NCBI GenBank assembly: GCA_016781525.1
Contig: JADDQE010000117.1
Location: forward strand, 4,039 to 68,038
DNA length: 64,000 bases
Direction: 5' to 3'
DNA from: a bacterium
GTDB taxonomy: Bacteria > Chloroflexota > Chloroflexia > Chloroflexales > Kallotenuaceae
Positions 18,254 to 28,495 of this stretch are shown here, one piece after another. Both the position numbers and the translations under genes were made by a program. The notes under the pieces were generated by a model, which was not told the DNA's origin, did not search any database, and worked only from the letters and a program-made list of their open reading frames with translations. Position 1 is the first letter of the stretch, and the number at the start of each line of letters is the position of its first letter.

Positions 18254-19417
18254 TTGCCTATTGACCCTATGCGGTGCTCGCTCTATCATTCGGGCCTGCC
18301 GCTCGTTAATCCCCTCCACGAGTGTTCTGTTAACCTGGAGCGACACGTTTATGATCTTGCACCGAAGCCTACTCCTGTCAATTCTTGCGCTCATCGTCGT
18401 TCTGAGAGTGGTGCCGCCGCCGGCCGATGCAACGCCGGCGCTCTGGAGCTGGTGCAGAAGGCTGGTCTGAGCTGGGTACGACAGCAGGTCCACTGGAAGG
18501 AGCACCAGAGCGCGGATGGGCAGATTGCTTGGGGTGAGCTTGATACGATTGTAGCTGCGGCCGAGGCACGCCGGGTCAAGCTCTTTTTATCGGTGCTCCA
18601 GGCACCTGATTGGGCGACCGGTGTGTCTGGGGTGGCAGGCCTGCCCGATCGTGATCACTTCGACGATTACGCCGCGTTTCTGGGTGCCTTAGCGCAGCGC
18701 TATCAAGGTCGCGTCCACGCCTATCAGGTCTGGAACGAAATTAATCTTTCAGCGGAAAACGGTGTTCAACCATTCCCTAGCCCTGATTACTACATCGAGC
18801 TGCTTGACCAAGCGTACGATGCGCTCAAAGCCGCAGATCCAAAGGCGTTGGTAATTTCCACCTCGCTCGCTCCCAGCGATTCGACCAACCCTGATCTTGC
18901 CGTGAGCGACCTTCAGTTTTTCCGTGCGCTCTTCGCCGATCAGCGCTTCTGGGCCCATGTCGACGCTGTCGGTGTCCACGTTTTTGGCTGCGCCAACCCG
19001 CCGGATACCCTCTGGCCAGCTAAGCCAGGTCCCGGGCTAGGCTGGACGACAAGCCGCGAGTTCTATTTCCGCAGAGTCGAAGATGTGCGACAGGCCATGG
19101 TTGAAAGCGGCCACGGCGACCGGCGGATTTGGATTACCGAATTTGGCTGGGCAACGGCGAATACTACGCCAGGCCATGAGTTCGGTAATCAGGTGAGCTT
19201 TCAGCAACAGGCGGATTATCTGGTGCAGGCTTTCACTATGGGGCGCCGTGAGTACTCCCCTTGGATCGCCGCGATGTTTGTGTGGAACCTTAATTTTGCC
19301 GTAACCTGGCAGGACGCAGGTGATCCACTGCACCAGATGGCAGCGTACGGCATATTGAACGGAGACTGGAGCCCGCGGCCCGCCTACGCGGCGCTTCAGC
19401 GTATGCCCAAGCCTTAG
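18254..19417 (+). CDS. clan GH-A-type (beta/alpha)8 glycoside hydrolase; N-terminus out of phase with its likely signal peptide
   Basis: YQVWNEINL (acid/base) and WITEFGWA (nucleophile) motifs; catalytic domain recognisable from about 18440; see frameshift finding. Confidence 0.65.
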   Translation: MPIDPMRCSLYHSGLPLVNPLHECSVNLERHVYDLAPKPTPVNSCAHRRSESGAAAGRCNAGALELVQKAGLSWVRQQVHWKEHQSADGQIAWGELDTIVAAAEARRVKLFLSVLQAPDWATGVSGVAGLPDRDHFDDYAAFLGALAQRYQGRVHAYQVWNEINLSAENGVQPFPSPDYYIELLDQAYDALKAADPKALVISTSLAPSDSTNPDLAVSDLQFFRALFADQRFWAHVDAVGVHVFGCANPPDTLWPAKPGPGLGWTTSREFYFRRVEDVRQAMVESGHGDRRIWITEFGWATANTTPGHEFGNQVSFQQQADYLVQAFTMGRREYSPWIAAMFVWNLNFAVTWQDAGDPLHQMAAYGILNGDWSPRPAYAALQRMPKP

Positions 19418-19788
19418 TCTCGACTGGGATTGCAGGGCGTACCTGAGTCGGAGAAAGGTGGCCCGGGACCCTCTCCGTTGCACCTACACCAGGTCTGCTG
19501 TGATAGGCGCATGCTTTCAAGCTGCGCCTTAACTTTTCCCGCATCGCCGCGCGGATGAGGCTGCCCTCCATCAGCGTCACGAGCTCTCGCATCCTGTGGG
19601 CCCAGCTTCCTTTGTTTTTCCGACGACCGAGTCTCCCGAACCATCCGGTGTCCTGGATTGGGACCACAGCGCTATCGTCGGTAGTCGGGTTCTTGCATAG
19701 ACTCGCAAGCGTGGCTCCAAAACCACACGTGCCTACACTTCGTGTTGTACATTCGATTAGCGCTCGATAACCTTGAGTGGAAGACGAT

Positions 19789-20586
19789 ATGTTCTTTGAT
19801 GATTCCCTTAAACAAGTGAACAAACGGGTGCTGCACGCGCTGCAGACGACGGCTCCCAGCCATCTTAGGTCAGATGATGCTCAGCTACGCCAGCTTGCCG
19901 GCAACATCACCGAAGCATGGCAGACATTCAGTGAACAGGTCGATGATGTTGCAGTACGTGCGGTTGGCCGTGAGCTGGCAGCTCAGGCATTTTGCTCACG
20001 GGCTTTGGTTGCAATTGGCCGTGCTTTAGCCGTCGAGCAGTCGTCCGAGATCGATACCAGCACCGATGCAGCCGCCGAGTATCAGAGCAGCCTGCTTGAA
20101 GGCTACATCGCCCAAACAAAGCAGGCGGCGGAGCAGGCAACGATTGCTGACATACAGGCGACGCGGCAACGTGAAGATCAGCTTCGCGCAGTCATCCAGG
20201 AGCTCTCGACCCCGATCATTCCAATTTATCAGGGTGTATTGGTTCTCCCGCTCGTCGGCACCATCGACTCGCTTCGCTCCCAGGAAATTACTGAGCGGCT
20301 GCTTGAAGAAATTGTTCGGCAGCAGGCGGATATCGTGATTATCGATATCACGGGTGTGGCCGTGGTTGATACGTCGGTCGCCAATCATCTCATCATGACG
20401 GCCCAGGCGGTCACGCTACTCGGCTCCCGAGTGGTCTTCACCGGCATAAGCCGCACGATTGCCCAGACCATTATCCAGCTTGGTATCAATCTCGGGGACG
20501 TAGTGACGCTGCGCAATTTACAGGTCGGGATGCAATTCGCTCTTGAACAGCTTGGTCTCGAGATCGCAGAAATTCCCGTCGGTTAA
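19789..20586 (+). CDS. STAS-domain protein (RsbR/anti-sigma-antagonist-like) with helical N-terminal domain
   Basis: C-terminal LPLVGTIDSLRSQEITERLLEEI..IIDITGV..DT STAS pattern; ATG 19789 behind GGAAGA preferred over GTG 19777. Confidence 0.7.
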   Translation: MFFDDSLKQVNKRVLHALQTTAPSHLRSDDAQLRQLAGNITEAWQTFSEQVDDVAVRAVGRELAAQAFCSRALVAIGRALAVEQSSEIDTSTDAAAEYQSSLLEGYIAQTKQAAEQATIADIQATRQREDQLRAVIQELSTPIIPIYQGVLVLPLVGTIDSLRSQEITERLLEEIVRQQADIVIIDITGVAVVDTSVANHLIMTAQAVTLLGSRVVFTGISRTIAQTIIQLGINLGDVVTLRNLQVGMQFALEQLGLEIAEIPVG

Positions 20587-20608
20587 TCCCCGTAGCTTGG
20601 CGTCCAGT

Positions 20609-20642
20609 GAGGACCGCAGGAGATAGTGATCCTGCGGTCCTC
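20609..20642 (+). terminator. intrinsic terminator after the STAS gene
   Basis: perfect 13-bp stem GAGGACCGCAGGA-gatagtga-TCCTGCGGTCCTC, then TCGCTTTCC. Confidence 0.65.
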
Positions 20643-20692
20643 TCGCTTTCCGCTTCCAGCCGCTCCCCATACTTTCATGTTAATATCCGACC

Positions 20693-22231
20693 ATGGTATA
20701 TCGACGTCACCTGCTGCCGGTTTCCGTTCTTGCGCTCCTCGCGCTGCTGATAACGCTGATTCCGGTCTATCCTAATGATCTCTGGTGGCACGTGCGTAGT
20801 GGTGAGGAGATCGTACGCCACGGGCGCATTCCGACCCACGATACCTACTCGTTCACCGGGTGGGGCCGCCCGTTCGTGTACTCTGGGTGGGCCAGCCAAG
20901 CGTTGCTGTATCTGCTGGAGAGCGTGGGCGGAGCGCCATTGCTCGTCATAACGCGCAACGTGGTAATCACCGCAGCATACACGCTCGTGCTGATTGGAGC
21001 GGCCAAGCGGAGCGGGAGCTGGACCATCGCGGCCCTTGCCACGCTGTGGAGCGGGCTGTTCTCGATCGAGTTCTGGCACATCCGGCCTCAGATTTTTGGC
21101 TACCTCCCGTTTGCTGCGCTGTTGTATGTCCTGTTGGGCTTTAGCGATGGATGGCTACGTGGACGCTGGCTCGTCGTCGTGCCGCTTGCCACTGCACTGT
21201 GGACCCATCTGCATGGAGGCTTTACCATCGCGCCACTCGTGGCAGTGCTGGTAGCGGGCGCAGCGACATTGGAGGCAGGCGTGCACCGCGAACTGCCACA
21301 AGCTACGCGTCGAATCGGGTTGCTCTGGCTCACGGCGCTGTCTACGGGTGTTGCCATGCTGATCAATCCATGGGGAGTTGGTATCAGCAGCGCCGTACGT
21401 TCGCTCCTTACCGATCAAGCGATCCAGATGTTTGTGGTCGAGTGGCAACCACCTCATCCTGGGTCCATCTTCCGCAACCTGTTTTACGGCTCCATTCTTC
21501 TTACCACGGCTGCGTTTGCAATCAGCCGCAGACGAGCAACGCTCCCGGAGCTGCTCGTTTTTGCTGGACTACTTTGGCAGGCTTGGACGGCTAGCCGCTT
21601 CATCATCTGGTACGGTCTAGCGTGGCCGCTGCTGGTCGCGCCAGCTCTCGCCGGATCGTTCCCGGTGCGCTATCGCAGGCGTCCTACTCTTGAAATTGGG
21701 ATATTCAATGTCGCGATTGCGCTCGTGCTAGTTGCACTGCCCCTGAGCCAGCAGCCGACATCGCCGTTCCGACGCCTGCTTCCAGACGCGTACCGAAACA
21801 TGTTGATTGCGGACCCTGGCGGCGAGCCCCTCATAATCAATTCGACACCGGTCAACGCAGTGGCGTACCTCGCGGCACATCCGCTGCCGGCCAATGCGCG
21901 CCTTTTCAACGAGACCGGCGCCGGAAGCTACCTGATTTGGGCGTGGCGCGATGGGCTTGTCTTTGTTGACCCACGCTACACGACGCAGCCGCTGCAGGTT
22001 TGGCTCGACTACCGCCAAATCAGTGCCGGCTGTGAGTACAATACCCTGCTCGATCGTTACGGTATTACGCATGCGCTGGTCGACCACCAGTTACAATCCG
22101 GCTTGGCCGAAGCTCTTGCCGTCGACACGAGCTGGCGCAAGCTGTGGGGCAACGAGATGACGACATTATACGAGCGTACCTCCGCAGCCGCGGAGGATCC
22201 TTTGTGCCAGGCAGCGTCGCCGAGTAGCTAG
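20693..22231 (+). CDS. polytopic membrane protein, GT-C-like fold suspected, function unknown
   Basis: 512-aa ORF with many hydrophobic segments; N-terminal PNDLWWHVRSGEEI motif; soluble C-terminal region. Confidence 0.55.
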   Translation: MVYRRHLLPVSVLALLALLITLIPVYPNDLWWHVRSGEEIVRHGRIPTHDTYSFTGWGRPFVYSGWASQALLYLLESVGGAPLLVITRNVVITAAYTLVLIGAAKRSGSWTIAALATLWSGLFSIEFWHIRPQIFGYLPFAALLYVLLGFSDGWLRGRWLVVVPLATALWTHLHGGFTIAPLVAVLVAGAATLEAGVHRELPQATRRIGLLWLTALSTGVAMLINPWGVGISSAVRSLLTDQAIQMFVVEWQPPHPGSIFRNLFYGSILLTTAAFAISRRRATLPELLVFAGLLWQAWTASRFIIWYGLAWPLLVAPALAGSFPVRYRRRPTLEIGIFNVAIALVLVALPLSQQPTSPFRRLLPDAYRNMLIADPGGEPLIINSTPVNAVAYLAAHPLPANARLFNETGAGSYLIWAWRDGLVFVDPRYTTQPLQVWLDYRQISAGCEYNTLLDRYGITHALVDHQLQSGLAEALAVDTSWRKLWGNEMTTLYERTSAAAEDPLCQAASPSS

Positions 22232-22269
22232 ACGACGCTGTTCTTGCGTGAATGAATTTGAGGATTGCT

Positions 22270-23001
22270 ATGCGACCGCTTATCGGAATTTCCAGCAAGC
22301 TTACAAACGACAGCACCTGGAGCCCCCCGGTCGTCGGGGTACGCGAGGGCTATGTGAATGCCATTATCGCAGCCGGTGGTATCCCTGTGCTCATCCCGCC
22401 GCATGTTGACGCCGAGGCGCTCCGTCATATCTATTCATTGGTTGGAGGTATCGTGCTTTCAGGCGGCGCGGATATCGATCCCGTGCTCTACGGCGAGGCT
22501 CCACATCCAAAGCTTGGCCAGATCGAGCCTCTTCGTGATGCCATCAAGCTCCCGCTTGCGCGCTGGGCTGTCACGGATGGTAAGCCACTGCTCGCTATTT
22601 GCCGTGGAATACAGGTGCTCAATGTAGCTCTTGGCGGCACGCTGTATCAAGATATAGACAGCCAGTATGAGACAAGCTTCGACCACGATGCGGGATCCAC
22701 CGCACGTTCCTGGACCAACCGGGATCATTCTATCCGAATGGAGCCGACATCCAAGCTAGCCGAAATCCTTGGTACGAGCGAGTGCTACGTCAATTCGCTC
22801 CATCACCAAGCGCTGAAGGACCTGGCCCCGGGGCTACAGGTGGTGGCACGAGCGCCTGATGGTATTATTGAAGCGGTCGAAGGCGCAGGTGATGCTTTTG
22901 TGATCGGCATACAGTGTCACCCTGAGCAGCTTTGGCAGCAAGCCGATCAGCGCTGGCGAGGTCTCTTCCGTGCCTTTGTCGCCGCTGCAGCGAACAGCTA
23001 G
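22270..23001 (+). CDS. class I glutamine amidotransferase, peptidase C26 / gamma-glutamyl-GABA hydrolase family
   Basis: LLAICRGIQVLN nucleophile-Cys motif and GIQCHPE; start ATG 22270 (MRPLIGISS). Confidence 0.8.
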   Translation: MRPLIGISSKLTNDSTWSPPVVGVREGYVNAIIAAGGIPVLIPPHVDAEALRHIYSLVGGIVLSGGADIDPVLYGEAPHPKLGQIEPLRDAIKLPLARWAVTDGKPLLAICRGIQVLNVALGGTLYQDIDSQYETSFDHDAGSTARSWTNRDHSIRMEPTSKLAEILGTSECYVNSLHHQALKDLAPGLQVVARAPDGIIEAVEGAGDAFVIGIQCHPEQLWQQADQRWRGLFRAFVAAAANS

Positions 23002-23105
23002 TGCTGGAAGTGGCTTTAGGCTGACGAAAAACACCAGGCGATGCGCTTGCATGGTCTGGTGGTGGATATGCTCATGCCCTGCATACACCGCAGTTTCCGT
23101 TAAAT

Positions 23106-23138
23106 GATCAACGAGGTCGCTTTCGCGGCCTCGTTGAT
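23106..23138 (-). terminator. hairpin 3' of Flp pilin 2
   Basis: ATCAACGAGG(T/C)CGC-loop-GCGG(C)CTCGTTGAT inverted repeat 17 nt after the stop; weak U tract. Confidence 0.45.
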
Positions 23139-23154
23139 CTGGAAGCAGCTCAGC

Positions 23155-23316
23155 TTAAGGCTGAGTAAGCCCAGAGTTAATCTGCGAGAAGACGGTCGAG
23201 ACGCGGTTGCCGAGTACTGACAGAATGCCAATAACAACAATAGCAATCAAAACGAGGATCAGTGCATACTCGACGAGGCCTTGACCTTCCTCACGTGCGA
23301 AGAAGTTGCGTAACAT
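23155..23316 (-). CDS. flp: Flp/Fap family type IVb (Tad) prepilin, 53 aa, paralog of 17641..17799
   Basis: not in ORF track; MLRNFFAREEGQGLVEYALILVLIAIVVIGILSVLGNRVSTVFSQINSGLTQP; GGAGGTG SD. Confidence 0.85.
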   Translation of the reverse strand: MLRNFFAREEGQGLVEYALILVLIAIVVIGILSVLGNRVSTVFSQINSGLTQP

Positions 23317-23669
23317 TGGATTCACCTCCTTTTAGCGGAACTGCTCGGTGACCATATAGCGGAAGTGTACCGACTCTGATGTATAAGCGCAAGGCACCAA
23401 TAGTACTGGTAGCCTCTAGGACCAAGACTCGCTCTTTTGCCCGCAAAAGTACGCCTAACCGTAGCCGCCAACCAACGTTTTAACCTTACACGAACTAAGC
23501 ATGCTCATTCGTATACAGCGCGCCTCCCAAGGGGATGACCGTGCTAAAATACAAGTGAGCAAACGCATCTTCGATATCACCCATTTGGCCTAATATGCGC
23601 CTGCTCCAAGCGGTCCATGTTGGATAGGGCTATTTTGTCTCGTCGCTTTTTACGACACGTTGTAATATT

Positions 23670-24092
23670 ATGTTAAAGCGGGTAGACCATATCGGAATTG
23701 CTGTACACGATCTTGATGCGACGATCGCGCTCTACCGTGACACCTTCGGCGTGGTCGAGTGGGAGCGTCTTAGCCTCGTCGAGCGCCACATGGACGTCGC
23801 CATTTGCCGGGTTGGCGACACGCTGCTCGAGTTTATCACCCCGACTTCGAACCAAGCGGCCTTCGCGAAGTTCTTACAGGAGCGTGGCGAAGGAATTCAT
23901 CACATTGCGTACGAAGTCGAGGAATTAGACGATGCACTGCGGACGCTAACAGGCAAAGGGGTGCGGCTGGTCGACGCTCATGGTCGTCCAGGTATCCACA
24001 ACACATGCGTCGCTTTTTTGCATCCGAAAGCGACGCAAGGCGTGCTCACCGAGCTCGTCCAGCTTCCTGATCATGAAGAGGCCAAGGAGTAA
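23670..24092 (+). CDS. mce: methylmalonyl-CoA epimerase (VOC/glyoxalase fold)
   Basis: MLKRVDHIGIAVHDLD.., GEGIHHIAYEV, VAFLHPKATQGVLTELVQ; directly upstream of the mutase. Confidence 0.85.
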   Translation: MLKRVDHIGIAVHDLDATIALYRDTFGVVEWERLSLVERHMDVAICRVGDTLLEFITPTSNQAAFAKFLQERGEGIHHIAYEVEELDDALRTLTGKGVRLVDAHGRPGIHNTCVAFLHPKATQGVLTELVQLPDHEEAKE

Positions 24093-24098
24093 GGCAGC

Positions 24099-25670
24099 AT
24101 GGCACAGAGCAGTGAGTCGTCAACGGCTGGGAAACCCAAGGCAGTGTACGAACCGGAGGATGTGCAGAGCCCGCCCCCGCCTCCCGGCACCTACCCTTAC
24201 ACTCGCGGCATCTATCCCACGATGTACCGCGGTCGGCTTTGGACGATGCGCCAGTACGCTGGGTTTTCGTCTGCTCGAGAGACGAACGAGCGTTTTCGCT
24301 TTTTGCTCCAGCAAGGTGTGATGGGCCTCTCGACGGCCTTCGATCTTCCTACTCAACTCGGCCTGGACTCTGACGACCCACGCTCCGAAGGTGAAGTTGG
24401 TAAGGTTGGTGTGGCCATTGATACCGTCGAAGATATGGCGCGGCTGATGGAGGGTATCCCGCTCGATCGGGTCTCCACGTCGATGACAATCAATGCGCCG
24501 GCATCACTGCTCCTGTTGATGTACGAGCTTGTTGGTGAGCGACAGGGCGTAGCGTCCACGCAGTTGACGGGAACGATTCAGAACGATATCTTGAAAGAAT
24601 ATGCGGCACGAGGCACTTACATCTTTCCACCGCGGCCTTCCATGCGGCTCATCACCGACACCTTTGCCTACTGTCAGGAGCGCATCCCCAAGTGGAATAC
24701 GATCAGTATCTCGGGCTATCACATTCGTGAGGCAGGGGCTACCGCCGCGCAAGAGCTTGGGTTTACGCTGGCTGATGGCATCGCCTATGTTCAAGCGGCG
24801 CTAGATGCCGGGCTGAAGGTCGATCAATTTGCGCCGCGAATCTCATTTTTCTTCAACGCGCACGCGAACTTCTTCGAAGAGATCGCCAAATTCCGGGCGG
24901 CCCGCCGTATGTGGGCGACGATTATGCGTGAGCGCTTCGGAGCCCGGGACGAGCGCTCGCTCCAGTTGCGCTTCCATACGCAGACAGCCGGTTCGACGCT
25001 TACCTCGCAGCAACCGCTTAACAACGTCGTGCGCACCACAATCGAGGCGCTGGCAGCGGTGTTAGGCGGAACGCAATCACTGCATACCAATGGCTATGAC
25101 GAAGCGCTCTCACTACCTACCGCGGAAGCGGCCACCCTTGCACTGCGCACCCAGCAAATCATTGCGTTCGAGAGCGGTGTGCCTGCTGTCGCCGACCCAC
25201 TTGGAGGTTCGTATTTCATCGAGGCCTTAACGGACTCTATTGAAGCAGAAGCGCTCAAGCTGATCATGCAGATCGACGAGCTTGGCGGCGCGGTACAGGC
25301 AATCGAGGAGGGCGTGATTCAGGCGCAGATTGCGGAGGCGGCGTGGGAAACCCAGCAAGCGATCGAGCAGGGCGACCAAATCGTGGTAGGCGTTAATAAG
25401 TTCGGCAACGCCGACGCTCAACCGGTGCCCGTTTTCTACCCCAATGCAGCGGTTGCAAGCGAGCAAGCGGCTGCGCTGGCAGAAATTCGTGCCCGGCGTG
25501 ATCCCGGCGGGGTCGAGGCCTCGCTGGCGGATGTACGACGTGCGGCGGCTGGCAGCAGTAATTTGTTGCTACCGATGCGGGAGGCGCTACGCCATCATGC
25601 GACGCTCGGCGAAATCTGCGGTGCGCTCCGTGAAGAATGGGGCGAGTACCGTCCCAATGTCGCTGTCTAG
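24099..25670 (+). CDS. methylmalonyl-CoA mutase family, catalytic (large, N-terminal) subunit without B12-binding domain
   Basis: [51 protein letters not shown] family motifs; 523 aa ends before any B12-binding domain. Confidence 0.9.
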   Translation: MAQSSESSTAGKPKAVYEPEDVQSPPPPPGTYPYTRGIYPTMYRGRLWTMRQYAGFSSARETNERFRFLLQQGVMGLSTAFDLPTQLGLDSDDPRSEGEVGKVGVAIDTVEDMARLMEGIPLDRVSTSMTINAPASLLLLMYELVGERQGVASTQLTGTIQNDILKEYAARGTYIFPPRPSMRLITDTFAYCQERIPKWNTISISGYHIREAGATAAQELGFTLADGIAYVQAALDAGLKVDQFAPRISFFFNAHANFFEEIAKFRAARRMWATIMRERFGARDERSLQLRFHTQTAGSTLTSQQPLNNVVRTTIEALAAVLGGTQSLHTNGYDEALSLPTAEAATLALRTQQIIAFESGVPAVADPLGGSYFIEALTDSIEAEALKLIMQIDELGGAVQAIEEGVIQAQIAEAAWETQQAIEQGDQIVVGVNKFGNADAQPVPVFYPNAAVASEQAAALAEIRARRDPGGVEASLADVRRAAAGSSNLLLPMREALRHHATLGEICGALREEWGEYRPNVAV

Positions 25671-25673
25671 CGT

Positions 25674-25952
25674 ATGTATCATGTAGAGCAGCAGTCCCAT
25701 CCAACACGATCTATGTTTCACTGGCTGCTAAATCTGCCATTCATGCTGCTCTGGAACGTCGGCTACATCGTAGTCCGGCTGCTGATCGTGCTGCGGCGCT
25801 GGCTATCGCCAGGGCTGTTACTTATGTTGTTGGTGATCGTGCCGCTGCTGCTGTTCTTGTTGCCTCGGCTCGACCGCATTGGGAGCTATATCTTGATCAG
25901 TGGGGCAGTTGCGCTTGCGTTTATTGCGGGTACACTATCTCGGCAACGCTAG
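25674..25952 (+). CDS. small membrane protein (2-3 TM), unknown function
   Basis: 92-aa ORF, 3 nt after mutase stop, strongly hydrophobic (LLLMLLVIVPLLLFLLP). Confidence 0.4.
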   Translation: MYHVEQQSHPTRSMFHWLLNLPFMLLWNVGYIVVRLLIVLRRWLSPGLLLMLLVIVPLLLFLLPRLDRIGSYILISGAVALAFIAGTLSRQR

Positions 25953-25973
25953 CCGCAATGGAGGAGGCCGTCG

Positions 25974-27263
25974 ATGACCAGCCGCGCCAGAACCGACCTG
26001 TCACGCTATCGAGCCGATTTCCCTGCCCTAACCATGAAGCAGGACGATCGTCCGCTTGTGTTTTTTGATAATCCTGGGGGTACACAGGTAAGCCTTGCGG
26101 TTGCCGAGGCCATGCAGCGCTATCTGCTCACTGCCAACGCCAACGTGCATGGTCCGTTCCTGACGTCCCGTCGCACTGATGTGGTGCTGGAGGAAGCTCA
26201 CGCCGCGATGGCGGATTTGCTGAATGCCTCCGGTCCTGACGAGATCGTGTTCGGTCAGAACATGACCTCGCTTACCTTTGCGTTCGCGCGTTCGCTTGGG
26301 CGCGAGATGGGCGCCGGCGATGAAATCGTCGTGACGACGCTCGACCATGACGCTAATATCGCCCCGTGGCTGGCACTCCAGGAACGTGGTGTCGTCGTCC
26401 GCTGCGCCGATATCGATCCCGCCGACTGCACGTTGGACTACGCCAACCTCCATGGGCTGATCAACGAGCGAACAAAGCTTGTCGCAGTTGGCCTAGCCAG
26501 CAATGCTGTGGGCACGATTAACGATGTCCGGCAGGTTGTGCGGATGGCTCGCGAGGTTGGCGCGCTGGTGTACGTCGATGCCGTACAGGCCGTGCCGCAC
26601 TTCCCCGTGGACGTCCAGGCGCTCGGCTGCGACTTCTTAGCGTGCTCGGCCTACAAGTTCTTCGGCCCCCACCAAGGCATCGTGTGGGGCAAGCGTGAGC
26701 ATCTCGAGCGACTGACCGCATACAAGGTACGGCCGGCTTCAAACGAGCTTCCTAGCAAATGGGAGACTGGCACGCAAAGCCATGAAGGCCAGGCTGGAAC
26801 ACTCGCTGCAGTCAACTACCTCGCCTCGGTCGGTCGTGACCACATGGAGCACTATCAAGATGAGCTCAAGCTCCTCGACGGGCGCCGTGCTGAGCTACGA
26901 GCGGCAATGTTGGCAATCCGAGACTATGAGCAAACCTTGTCGCGCCATTTTCTTGCGGGCATGCAGACCGTGCCAGAGCTAACCCTGTATGGGATTGCCG
27001 ATCCGCAACGAGTTGCCGAACGTGTCCCAACATTTGCCGTTACCGTGCCAACCTGGACTCCTCAGCAGTTATCAGCGGCGCTTGCCGAGCGTGGGTTTGC
27101 TACCTGGGCTGGGCATTACTATGCGCTTGCTTTGGTCGAGCGGCTTGGACGACTCGAGGGTGGTGGGATGTTGCGCATTGGCTGCGCGCACTATAACACT
27201 GCCGCCGAGCTCGACGATCTGTTTGCGGCACTGCAAGAGATCGTCACGATAAATCCAAGCTAG
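25974..27263 (+). CDS. aminotransferase class V, cysteine desulfurase-like family protein
   Basis: FFDNPGGTQV.., HDANIAPW, SAYKFFGPHQG (PLP-Lys) pattern. Confidence 0.8.
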   Translation: MTSRARTDLSRYRADFPALTMKQDDRPLVFFDNPGGTQVSLAVAEAMQRYLLTANANVHGPFLTSRRTDVVLEEAHAAMADLLNASGPDEIVFGQNMTSLTFAFARSLGREMGAGDEIVVTTLDHDANIAPWLALQERGVVVRCADIDPADCTLDYANLHGLINERTKLVAVGLASNAVGTINDVRQVVRMAREVGALVYVDAVQAVPHFPVDVQALGCDFLACSAYKFFGPHQGIVWGKREHLERLTAYKVRPASNELPSKWETGTQSHEGQAGTLAAVNYLASVGRDHMEHYQDELKLLDGRRAELRAAMLAIRDYEQTLSRHFLAGMQTVPELTLYGIADPQRVAERVPTFAVTVPTWTPQQLSAALAERGFATWAGHYYALALVERLGRLEGGGMLRIGCAHYNTAAELDDLFAALQEIVTINPS

Positions 27264-27486
27264 GATCGTCGTCCCACTTTGATGACCCGGCGAGATGCGC
27301 GTGGCAGCCTGCCGCGCGCGCACTATTTAATCGCGCACCAAGTGGACAATCACAAATAGCTATCTGGCAAGGGCTGCACCAGCGGCGCGAGCCGATCGAG
27401 TTGAGCAGGTCTTGGGTAGCCTTGTCGATGCCGCGATACGAGGGCAGGAGGAGCTTCTACGAGCCGCTCTCTGGCCCTAAAGCTCA

Positions 27487-27515
27487 TTGACATCGCCCCA
27501 ACGCGCGCGTAAAAT
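27487..27515 (+). promoter_or_regulatory. sigma-70-type promoter
   Basis: TTGACA - 17 nt - TAAAAT, 52 nt upstream of ATG 27567. Confidence 0.55.
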
Positions 27516-27566
27516 CCGCGCGGTGTCCAAGGTACTGCTGACGGTTCTGCCACACAACGAGGTTAT

Positions 27567-28472
27567 ATGAGCGGTCCACGTTTTGACCGGATAGTCCCAC
27601 TGGTTACGCTAGTCCTCGTGGGGCTTGGCGTTGTTTTCCTGCTTGAGCTAAATACCAACCTGCTTATTGTCGAGCTTGGGGAAAATGTGCCTTCCTTCTC
27701 GGTCGCTTGGGCACTGATCGCCGCCCTCGCATTGATTACCGGCGTTGGCGTGGAGCTCATTGCGCGGGCAGAGCCGCATCTGTATTCCTCTGGGTGGCTC
27801 GCCGAGCTCACCGTCGGGCAGCGGCGCCTTGAGCTTGGCTTACCGCTGTGGGGCCTGCCGATGCTGACGCCCGTGGCAATCTTTGCCTTTTTCCGCCTCT
27901 TCCGCGGCGCACTCGTGACCAATGCCTATTTGCTTGTACTTGTGGCTACTGGTCTGTTGCTATCAGTCGTTCTGGTAGCCCAACATTACCTTATCGAAGG
28001 TAATCCCCGCGCGCGGCAGATCGCTCGCAACACCCTAGCCGTGATTGCGTACGCTCTCTCGTTCGCGCTCTTCAGCGCGGTGACCTTCAACCGCTATCGT
28101 ACGCTGTACGCGATCGCCCTGATTTTTCCGTCGACGTTGTTGCTTGTCGCAGATTTGTTACGGGGACACGTGACTGCACTCTGGACGACAGCAGGCGTGA
28201 TTGCGCTCGTTATAATCGAGGCATATTGGACGCTCAACTATTGGCCGGCGCCCTTCTGGTTCAACAGCGTCGCGCTGCTCGTAGTGTTGTATGTCCTTAT
28301 CGGTCTAGCGCAGACAGCAGGTGGAACGGATGGTCCGGGTGGAAATGCGCAAGCGGCGCTGACACGTCGAGGAATGATTGAGTATGGGCTTGTCGGGGGT
28401 GGCGCGATGGTCGCGCTTGCGATTGCCGCGGCAATCGCACGGACACAAAACATCGACTTGCGCGGGCCTTAA
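27567..28472 (+). CDS. polytopic membrane protein, unknown function
   Basis: 301-aa ORF, about 8 hydrophobic segments; no family recognised. Confidence 0.55.
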   Translation: MSGPRFDRIVPLVTLVLVGLGVVFLLELNTNLLIVELGENVPSFSVAWALIAALALITGVGVELIARAEPHLYSSGWLAELTVGQRRLELGLPLWGLPMLTPVAIFAFFRLFRGALVTNAYLLVLVATGLLLSVVLVAQHYLIEGNPRARQIARNTLAVIAYALSFALFSAVTFNRYRTLYAIALIFPSTLLLVADLLRGHVTALWTTAGVIALVIIEAYWTLNYWPAPFWFNSVALLVVLYVLIGLAQTAGGTDGPGGNAQAALTRRGMIEYGLVGGGAMVALAIAAAIARTQNIDLRGP

Positions 28473-28495
28473 GCAAACCAAGGCGTAGCTTAACG

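Noticed and set aside
23640-23672. Leaderless-mRNA promoter for mce (TGTAATATT immediately before the ATG).
   Set aside because: The spacing to the only -35-like hexamer (TTGTCT) is about 22 nt, and the -10 assignment is ambiguous. It is kept only as a remark under the mce/mcm finding.
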